A stretch of DNA of 64,000 nt from Tubiluchus corallicola (lineage: Eukaryota; Animalia; Priapulida), in contig JAQGDQ010000130.1 in the NCBI GenBank assembly GCA_030141605.1, positions 329,974 to 393,973 on the forward strand. The letters run 5' to 3'. Shown here in pieces: positions 54,501 to 64,000 of the stretch. Position numbers and translations under genes: made by a program. How positions within the stretch are numbered: position 1 is the first letter of the stretch; each line of letters begins with the position of its first letter. The notes beneath the pieces are model-generated. The model made no database searches, had not been told where the DNA came from, and worked only from the letters and a program-made list of their open reading frames with translations.

Positions 54501-57500
54501 TTGCACCAGTGAGGCTGTCTTGGCTTCCAATGCTCACAGTTTCATCCTCAAATGATGCAGTTTCTACCTTATTAGTAGTATTAAGACTGGCAGAATTATC
54601 ATCATATTGCATATTTTCATACTGCCGTGAAAAGTTTGTAACAGACATTTCAGCTTCCTTGACTGTATCATCATCAGACAAGCTGCTCTTGCTGAACACA
54701 GTACCAGATTTATGCTTTTTTGCTTCAACAACAGCAATCTCAGAAGTTGTATCACTTAACAGTTTTGCCAAAGCTTCACTGAAAACATCTACTTCAACTG
54801 TTTCCACAAAATTTGCATCAACTTGCGGAGGCTTGTCCTGACTTGCAAGTGCATCTATGGTTTCTTCTTTATCTTTTTTGCCCTTATCTCGTTTAAAAGC
54901 GGCAAACAAACCCAGTCGCTTTTTCTTTTTAGTAGCCAAACTGTCTTGACTACCTATGCTAATGGTTTCATCTTCCCCTACACTGGTAGACTCTGATATT
55001 TGTTTTTGCAACAGGGCTTCACCATGTTCTGTACTATCTGGATGTTGCTGTGATATCTTTGCACGTTGCTGCGCATCAAGTATTAAAACTTCATTTGTTG
55101 CATCCTCAGCATGTTTATCATCCTTATCCTCGTCTGAAGATGATTCAGACTTCAAGGTCTTATCTTTGAACCGAGTAAATTCATCAGCTACACGTCCTCT
55201 GAATTCCTGCACAAATACATCATTTTGTACTAGTTTTACAAAGCTTACATTAGCATGTTGGTGTTCAGGTTGATCTGCCACAGAGTCCGCACTTACGACT
55301 TTATCTTTCTTGTCCTTAGAGCGCTTAAAAGCGCCAAGTAAACGTAACCGCTTTTTCTTTTTAGTAGTCAGACTGTCCTGACTCCCAATGCTAATGATTT
55401 CGTCTTCACCTACACTGGTCGATTGTAATATTTGTTTCTGCAACAAGGCTTCATCATGTTCTGCACTACCTGGATGTTGCTGTAATGTCTTTGCAAATTG
55501 TTGGGCATCAAGTACTACAACTTTGTTTGCTGCATCCTCAACATGTTTATCATCCTTATCCTCATCTGAAGATGATTCAGACTCCAAGGTCTTATCTTCA
55601 GATCCAGCAAATTCATCAGCTACATGCCCTTTGAATTCTTGCACAAATACATCGTTTTCTACCAGTTTTACAAAGCTTACCTCAGCATGCTGGTATTCAA
55701 TTTGATTGCTCATAGAGTCGACACTTGCAACTTTACCTTTCTTGTCCTTAGCGCGTTTAAAAGCGCCAAGCAAACCTAACCGATTTTTCTTTTTAGTAGC
55801 CAAACTGTCTTGACTACCAATGCTAATGGTTTCAGCTTCACCTATACTAGTTGATTCTGATATTTGCTTTTGCAACAAGGCTTCATCATGTTCTGCAGTG
55901 CCAAGATGTTGTTGTAATGACTCTGCAAGTTCTTGAATACCAGGTACTAAAACTTGACTTGATGCATCTTCCACATATTTATAGTTCTTATCCAGATCTG
56001 GAGATGATTTAGACTCCGAAACTTTATCTTCGGACCTACCAAATTCAGCGATCACATCACATCTTCTGGTTTCCTGCACAAATACATCATTTTCTACCAA
56101 TTTTACAAAGCTTACATCAGCATGCATTCCATCTGTCATGGAGTCCAAACTTGACACTTTATCTTTCTTGCCCTTGGATCGTTTAAAAGCGCCAAACAAA
56201 CCTAAACGCTTCCTTTTTTTGGTAGCCAAACTGTCTTGGCTACCTATGCTTATGGCTTCATCTTCAACAACTTTGATTGGTTCTGTTGTGTGCTTGACAT
56301 TTAAGTGTTCCGTAGTACCTTGAATAAGTTGCAAAGCCTGCGCTATTACAGCAGGTTGCTCTTCAAATTCAGAAACTACTTTTACAACACTTTTTTGAGA
56401 ACTTTCACCCCCAACATGTTCATCACTTTCATCCTCACTCATAGATGATTCTGTTTCCGACTCTGATTCAGATGTCTCACTTTCAGATTCACTAGATGTC
56501 TCGGAATCATGCACTACAATATTGTCTTCCACAAAAGCATCAGTAGTTATCTGTTTTACAACATGCACATCATTACGTGCAGACCCTACCTCTGTTTCCA
56601 AGGGCTTCACACTCTCTATGCCTTTCTTATCCTTAGAACGTTTTAAAGCACCAAGCAAGCCAAATTTTTTCTTTCTCGTTAAACTGTCTTGACTACCAAT
56701 GCTCAAAGCCTCGTCACCTGTTTTCAAAGAATCTTTATCCTCATCAGTTCCTTTTTTAGTCCCAGACTTCCTGAATGCGCCAAACAATGCCAACCTCTTT
56801 TTCTTTATGGTAGCCAAGCTATCTTGACTACCTATACTTATATTTTCAATATCAGCAACATTTTTAGTACTGACAAGAGTGTTAAAATATTCATCCTGTT
56901 CTTCTGCAACAAGATCTTTCTGCACAGCAGATTCTGTCAATTCTTTAGCAACATTCTCACCTTTGTCATCTTCAACGAATGACAACTCAGATGTTGACGA
57001 TTCACTTTCTGACTCTTCATCACTTTCGGACTCGCTTTCACTTTCATCATCTTCTTCTTCCTCACTAACATCACTCTCACTGCTACTGCTACTGCTACTA
57101 TCAGCCGCTTCAATCTCCTTCACCTTATCTACTGATGCACCGACCACAGACACCTCAAACTTGTCGATAAGACGTCTAACGTTAACTTCATCGTCAAGTT
57201 CTTTAACAATGTCAGTAACTTCGTAACTAGAATCATGCACAGTAACATATTTCTGTCGAGACTTTGGCGTGGAGCTCATCGATGGATCTGTTAATATCAT
57301 TTCTGGACTGACCTCGGCAAAGTATTGTCCTTCGGGTGGGTAGTAGGCACCCGGGCCTCCCTCCATGGCGCTGGCATCTGGGGATGAGAGCGGGTATCCT
57401 TCCTGGTAATCTGTGGTGGAGTTGAAGGTAGCATTCGCATGGCTCTACAGATAAGCATAACAACATAAGCACAGGCATGTTTAATGAACAACAGTGATAT

Positions 57501-60500
57501 CACCAGACCGATGTAAGCCTTAAGGTGACAGACTGATAAAAATAAAACAAAACACAGGCAAAAAATTATTTTTGTGTAACAAAAACAAAGCAAATTGCAA
57601 CTGAACGTATTGGTATTCATTGCTGCTGAACATTTAGACTAAATCACATATATGCAAGGTAAAAATAAAGAGAAAAAACTCTGAAGCTGATCACCTAAAG
57701 GGAATATAAGAAGAATAGCAGACGAGGGAAAAGGAGGATGAAACATATTCGACAAAGACCAGAAGTGCAATTCAGAAAATATGCAACAAAGTACTTTTTC
57801 AAAGCGAGGACTACACCAGTGCAATAGGGAAATAGAGTGAAAACACAGAAAACCAGAAACCCCAAAGCAACACCACAAATAACACACCAAACAAGACCTC
57901 TTTTAACGTCGCGAAAAAAGAACGGCAGAAGTCATGGCGCTACAGCTGGGCATCATGATCTGCAAAAATATTTACAAACAATTTCGTCAACAAGTGGGCA
58001 GTAAACATTTGGATAGCAGTACTTACTTCTTCTGGTGGACCGTTCTCCACAGGACCGGCATCTGATGCAACAAGCGTTGCCGTGACAACACCAGGCTCCT
58101 CTTCTTTACCCTTCTTGTCTAGAGAAATAGTTAAGGCTATATTAATGTACATATCATGTGAGACATCAAGCAATAAGCTATTCCATGGCAAAATTAAATC
58201 AATTGTAGGAAGTTGCAAGCATTGAAAATTTGTACTCCAAGTGTTTAGCAAGTTGTAAAACATGGCATATTAATGTTAAATTCAATAAAAATTTAAGACT
58301 TAAAAAGGTACACAGCACATCAGATGTAAGAAACTCCACACTGCAGCAATATATGATTTCGTTTAAGCTTAGCACCACATAATGACACCAAAACGATAGG
58401 TTTTAAGGTTTTAAAGTGACAGTCTTAAAAAGAAACAATCTTGGTTATATGTAACCACCAAATTTCCAAATATTACTGTCAATCTTGCAAACCAACTTTC
58501 AATATACTAGAGATTAGAAGGACTGTTAGCCACAAGCAAACTGACCAAATGAAATTTATCTATAAAGCTTGCCTAACATTAAAGCAGACAAATAAACAAT
58601 AATGTTAATTTATCATGGTTAAAACAAGCAGATAAGAGAAATAAAAATAAAAGATGATTTGAAAAGTGCATAACAATATAAAAATACTTACCAGCAGTGA
58701 AAATTTTTGTTAATTAAATAATAACAATATTACATGTCAAAGTGCCATAAATCATTCCCGTTCCTCCTTCAGATTGTACACCACATGCAAATTAGTTTCC
58801 ACCACCCACTTATTATCATTATTTAACAAGTCAGTGAGTAATTAGTCTTTTTTAACGAGCATACTTTAGTTGTATGAGCTTATGTTCATAAACTACATAA
58901 AAAGCTAATGTAGTTTAAAGCATGGTGCTATTATTAATGCGTATGCATGAAGCTGTTATGGGCAAGTACCTAAGATTGTGAGTTGTTTTAATTCATGCAA
59001 ACTTTAAGTTCTTCCATTATTGTTAGTTGTTTAGTTTTGCTACAGTCCAAGAGCCGATGTAACAGCTCACCCTTCTTCTTGTCCTTTTTATCTTTTTTGC
59101 CTTTCTTTTCCTTCTCTTTTTCTTTTTTCTCTTTAGCCTTTTCCTCTTTTTCTTTTTTCTCCCGCTCCTTCTGCTCCTTCTCACGTTCTTTCTGCTCCTT
59201 TTTCTCTCTTTCTTTCTGTGCCTTTAATTCTTTTTCCCTCTCCTTTTTGGTTTTTGGCTTTTCTTCAATCTCTACATCAATGGCCACATTTTCTACCACT
59301 TTCTCCTCGTCATGTTTTTCAGGTATTTCCTCATCCTCTGACTCCGGATTCACAACATATACATCCTTACCTTTCTTTTTCTTATCTTTCTTTTCCTTCT
59401 TCTCTTTCTTTTCCTTTTTCTCTTTCTTCTCTTTTCCTTTCTTCTCCTTCTCCTTTTTCTCTTTCTCTGGTTCTTCATTCTCGGCAGCTGAAGCAGCAAC
59501 AACAGCGGCAGCCACTACTGCTTCTCTCTCTGGTTCTATTTCTTTCTCAGTTTCCTGCAAATAACGTTCATCATTAATAAGACACTATTTTTCAAAATAT
59601 GGAACACACCTCGAATAATTTCATCTTCATTTTGGATTTAAGAAAATTCCATAATGCAAAAATTTTACAAATTAAAACAAAGACAATCATAATATAAAAT
59701 TAAAAATCATAATATAATTAAAAACAAATATAACAAACGAACATAAAAGCAAGAAAGTAGTGGCAGTCATGCTGATCTATAGTGAAAGGGCGAATGACAA
59801 GATGGTCTTTCCTCTGTGTGTGTGTTTTTCAAATGTATTCTTTCAAGTACAAATTCAGAGTTTCAGTTTGAGAAAGCTGTGCTATTCGTAACACTAGCAA
59901 AAATATTCCAGCTAACAGCATCAAGACAAAAACGATAAAATTCTACTTTCAAAAATATTAGCAGTAATGCTATACATTTTACATAAAGCTGTAGAAAGGG
60001 TTCTTGATCACCAGAAAACAGTCTTGATACTTTAGATAAATACATTATAGCATTACCAAGCTTATTTCCACACAATGTAAAAAACTGCTCAAAATAAGTT
60101 AAGCTAAAAGTAACTGCTATTTTTGCAGATAGATTTGTTTTTTGATCCTTAGATAGTTGAGATTAATTAAATGAAAAAATGCAAAGTTGCAGGGATAAAA
60201 AGCTCATCTTTAGCTTTTCTTTACCTTTTCCTCTGGCGCTTCTTCAGCTTTCTCCTCCTCTGCAGGTTTCTGCTTCTTGGTTTGGTCTTTTTCTTCCTTT
60301 TCACGCTGCTTACGATCTTTTTCCTCCTGCTTCTTTCTCTCTCTCTCTGCTTTTTCTGCCTCCTTCTGTCTCTTCTTTTCTTCCTTCTCCTGTTTCATTC
60401 ATAAGATGTTTAGTCACAAAGAACATAACAATTACTTGGTATTAATAAAAGACAATCAATTATGTGTGACAAACTTACTGAGAAAGCTAATCTCTAGGTA

Positions 60501-63472
60501 TGTTGTTCTTTAACAAGTTAACACAATGCCTGTCTTGTGATCAGATCTAAAGTTCAAATCTCGGCAGAGGAAAAAATTGGCAATCACATAGAGCCAGTTG
60601 GAACAACTAGTGTTTTCTGATCTATCTTTAATCTACATCCACTTGCGCAGCATCTACATGTATTATCATCTATTTTCTTCAGCATTTTAATGTATCTACA
60701 TCTAAGTTGTGTAACACCTACTTTTGTATGGGAAAATTAAAATCTTCCTTGTAATTTACGTATTCCAAGATTGAGGTCGTTTAATCAAACCAGGCTGCTG
60801 GTTGTTATCACGACTTAGGTGGGCGTTTCTTTCCATTAGCATTTTGCTTGTCGTTCTTAAAAATATTTACATTATTTTTTTGCAAATACCAGTAAAAACG
60901 TTTGCCCAGAAATAATTAATTTATTATTACGTGTATTACCGTAGTTAGGAATTTAACTTTGTTATAATTATCTTGTCTGGAAAAACTTTTCAACGGCATT
61001 TAACACTGTTAGTGCCTATTTAGACCTACTAATCTTTTACTTTTGGGGTAACTAGACTGCCAAATGCCTAGCAAGCAGAACTGTAACATGTGAATGTCAC
61101 TAAAGTCTTACACATATTGCCGATTACGGATTTTTCCTTACACGCATTGCAATTGCACTAGCATTCATTAAACAGTTAATGGACTTTTTGAAATCTTGTT
61201 TGTTAAATATTGCGTCCTTATGAATCTAGTTTGCAGTCCGTTTTAGCTGCCGGAAGGCGCCACATGTCCATTAGCTGCGTGTCATAGCACATTACAGTTG
61301 GCGACATCCGTAAAAAGTGTTCTTTATTATCAACTTTTTAAAGATTTCATTAGATCCCTTCATGTAAATTTCGGGCATTGAAGTGAATCATCGTTGAAAT
61401 GAAACACGCATCACAAAGTGAATAAAGGTGTCAAAAGATCAGTGTTTTTTAAAACGAAATGTCACCAAATATGGTGTTGTTAAGCGTATTGCAGTCACAA
61501 AAGTTTCAATGCCTTGGACCACACTAAAACATTAAGATTGACTTGCTCTCCTATTAGTCTTTGAGGCTTAGGTGATACAGCACATGGTTTGCAAGCAAGA
61601 TGCTCAACTAACGAATTTCTGCCCAGTTTCTTTCTATGCACGCCTCAAAACCACCAGAAGTCATTATGGGCATCCAAGTACTAACTGGTGAGAAAGTTAT
61701 TTTGCGGACATACTTTTCATCTGCTTTGCGGCCCAATCATTTCTGACTACGGAATGTGAGCCTAATGTGGACATTGTTTAGCACAGCAAAAAATCTAGTC
61801 ACCCAAAACCTGATGGAACATACCAATGAATGCAAAATCTGCTGTAGCAGATTCAAACTTGAGAATACCAACAACCCTTTCATAATTAGCCAAAAAAATA
61901 ATTAAACATCCAATAACTGTGATACTGATGAAGCTTCAGGCAAAGTGTAACGCTCAAACTGATAAAAGATATCATCATATAGCAAGCAAAAGCTAGATAA
62001 CACAAGCAAATTATGAATATAAAGCGATCGTGCATTGTGCTGGGTAAAATTACATACTCTTCTCTTTTTCTCCTTCTCTTCTTCCTTAGCCCTCGCTTTA
62101 GCTGCTTTCGCTTCAGCCTCTTTTGCTTTCTTGTCTTTGGGAGCGGCTTCGGCCTCGACTGCTGCAACAGGCTGAACCTGCTCTTCCTGGACGGCTTCTC
62201 TTTCCTGCTGTTCTTCCTCGGCTTCCCTGGCTGCTTCTCGTGCTTGAGCAGCGGCGGCGATGGCAGCGGCTGCAGCTAGATCACCCTCTGCTTCTCGATC
62301 ACGTGCCTCGCGTTCCGCAGCAGCTCTCTCTTTCTCCTCGCGAGCCTGCTGTTCTTGTCTCAGCCGCTCTTCAGCTTCCCTCTGCAAATGAAATTAACAT
62401 GCAAGAATCACATGCAAAGCTGCGTGCATCCCTGGAAAGCTCAAACAAATGAAAACCTTCTTGCCCAATACAAGCAACATAACATTTGAACATCCATCAG
62501 AATCAAATACAGTCATATCTCCGTTGTCGAACGTCTCCGTCATACAAATCGGTTTTCGACCAGAAAATTCGAGCCGAAATTTTCTCTGCTCTCGACCAGC
62601 CGCCAAACACGTGATGAACGCGCGCGCGGCGAGCCGAGCATAACCGACTACGTCCCAGAGTAGTCACGCACAACATTTGAATCGCCTAACGTGGCTAAGT
62701 GCTTCCTCCGCCTATTTTTCTCCGCTTTTTCATGCAGGAACAATTATGTTTTTCTTTCAAAGTAATTCTATTATGTTTTTCTTATCAGTTATATCATATC
62801 TACTGTTTGAATAAACATTTTTGCATCATTATATTTCGTTTTAGTAATACTTTACAGTTCATTTGGTGCTTGAGAACGGATTATTTGCTTTTACATTATT
62901 TCTTATGGGAATAAATGACTCGGTTCTCAACTAAATGGGTTTTCAAACACTTTATAGGAACGAATTATGGTCGAAAACAGAGGTACTACTGTACTAATGT
63001 CTGCACTCAGTCAATTGTCTGAAAAGCGGCCAAAAATGCACTGCAAAATTTTTCCTAAAGTTTCAAAAGGAAAACTGTAACTCAAAATGTTCTGCAAGTG
63101 AAATGAGGAAATAAAAATGACTAAAAATGCAGACGGGAAGCACTCCATGAATGCTCATTTTATAAATGTATGTAATAATCTCTTCTATACGACGTGTCTC
63201 ATATCGGATAATTTAGTTGTAATAGCAATGGTAGTAAATAGCACTCATTTATCAAGCTTTATGAACTTTCAGGCGGCGACAAATTTATATAATTTCATCG
63301 CAAGTAACGTCTTTTACATTATAACAAACACAAAAGAAAACACGTACCCGATTGTTCTCCTTTGCCAACTTATCTTTTTCGTCCTCCGACTCTTCGTCGC
63401 TGCTGCCCCGGAATGGTTGGCGACTCTCGTCGGGTCGTTCCTCGTGTGAGCGAGTGGTTCCGTAACCTGGAG
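45562..63472 (-). CDS. Protein 4.1 / coracle (EPB41-family) gene, 3' part; the FERM-domain exons are presumably upstream, outside the window
   Basis: Frame-consistent exons 63472-63348, 62381-62058, 60389-60225, 59554-59071, 58118-58027, 57444-50980 (giant), 49092-48913, 47512 or 47509 to 47303, 46472-46380 and 45669-45562. The last three encode a clear 4.1 C-terminal domain: VPTVQTQTRTVRYE...SQTVSSRSKTVETVTYKTEKDGVVETRVEQRITI...IDHDEALAEAIREATEMNPDMTVQKIEI. Confidence 0.88.
50980..57444 (-). CDS. Giant 6465-nt (2155-codon) phase 0-0 exon of the protein 4.1-family gene; low-complexity, repeat-rich, probably disordered
   Basis: Acceptor TCTGTAG|AGC at 57444 is in frame with the 2144-aa ORF 50932-57366. 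Donor CAG|GTTTTG is at 50980. It lies between phase-0 exons 58027 and 49092 of the same gene. Confidence 0.8.
54480..56850 (-). repeat. Coding repeat array of about 142-144 aa (426-432 nt) units anchored on ISIGSQDSLATKKKKRLGLFGAFKRS
   Basis: The motif occurs near 56840, 56700, 56250, 55825, 55393, 54961 and 54535. The DNA units at 54956, 55388 and 55820 are exactly 432 nt apart and visibly similar. Confidence 0.9.
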
Positions 63473-63744
63473 CTGAAAGAATAAGAGGTGTTACTGCTCC
63501 ACGTTTTAAATTATTTTAAATGGCAGAAGCAAACGAAAAGGGTTACCAGTTTTACTTAGCAAAATGGGTTCAGAATGAGGAAAATGCTCTACACAAGCCC
63601 ATCTGCAACAGCTGACAAGTTAAAGTATATTTAAGTTTGCTTTGAACTTAAATCTACAATTTTTTATCAATTAAGAAATGTTAATAAATTAATCAAATCT
63701 CTTGAGACGCATGCTTGTTTTTTTTGTAAATTAAAAATACGGGA

Positions 63745-63770
63745 AAACAACAACAACAACAACAACAACA
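63745..63770. repeat. (CAA)n microsatellite
   Basis: Run of AAC/CAA triplets in an intron of the 4.1 gene. Confidence 0.85.
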
Positions 63771-64000
63771 AAAAAAACAGATGTAGAACAATCGTAGAGT
63801 TGTACAATATTTGTACGGAAAGACAAAATTGAAAATAAATTTTGCATGAGGCACATAATCTTTCATAACCAAAAAACATGACACACTGGCAAAGCAAGTT
63901 CTGTTTCCAGACAGAATAAACCAAAATGAATGCAAAAAAGTGAAAAATACCCAACACCGGGCATCTGAAATCATACATATCATTGAACATTATCAAACAA

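Noticed and set aside
50984-57226. Long + strand ORFs (244, 187, 418 aa etc.) opposite the giant exon
   Set aside because: Ser/Phe/Leu-rich shadow frames, expected antisense to Glu/Lys/Asp-rich coding sequence. No independent gene signals.
50932-57366. 2144-aa ORF as a stand-alone intronless gene or retroelement polyprotein
   Set aside because: The frame extends to a splice acceptor 26 codons upstream of the ATG, phases match the flanking 4.1 exons, and there are no gag, RT or integrase motifs.
58995-60513. Phe/Ser-rich + strand ORFs
   Set aside because: Antisense translation of the KEK-rich 4.1 exons.

Overview
AT-rich, intron-rich animal (probably invertebrate) genomic DNA, not prokaryotic. 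I reconstructed five spliced genes by hand from GT/AG boundaries and reading-frame continuity. (1) The 3' end of a probable BSD-domain protein 1 (BSDC1-like) gene, + strand, ending at 2876. (2) An 8-exon XK-related (XKR) scramblase-family gene, - strand, 5235-12445, about 800 aa with a long C-terminal tail. (3) Mitochondrial trifunctional protein alpha (HADHA), - strand, 15 exons, 15950-32216. (4) The beta subunit (HADHB), + strand, 11 exons, 32588-41776, head-to-head with HADHA and only 371 bp between start codons. (5) The 3' part of a protein 4.1/coracle (EPB41-family) gene, - strand, 45562 to beyond the window, containing a 6465-nt in-frame giant exon built from internal repeats. Introns and intergenic DNA carry pogo/Tigger- and Harbinger-like non-autonomous elements, decayed LINE fragments and short tandem duplications. 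The best candidate for an undescribed system is a switchable giant protein 4.1 isoform. The evidence is two competing donors, a downstream UGCAUG cluster, nine Ser-acidic/polybasic-aromatic modules and an RVxF motif. Other leads are a 9-residue Q/N repeat tail on the XKR protein, the conserved bidirectional HADHA/HADHB promoter, and a duplicated HADHA splice acceptor. All exon models are manual predictions with no transcript or database support.
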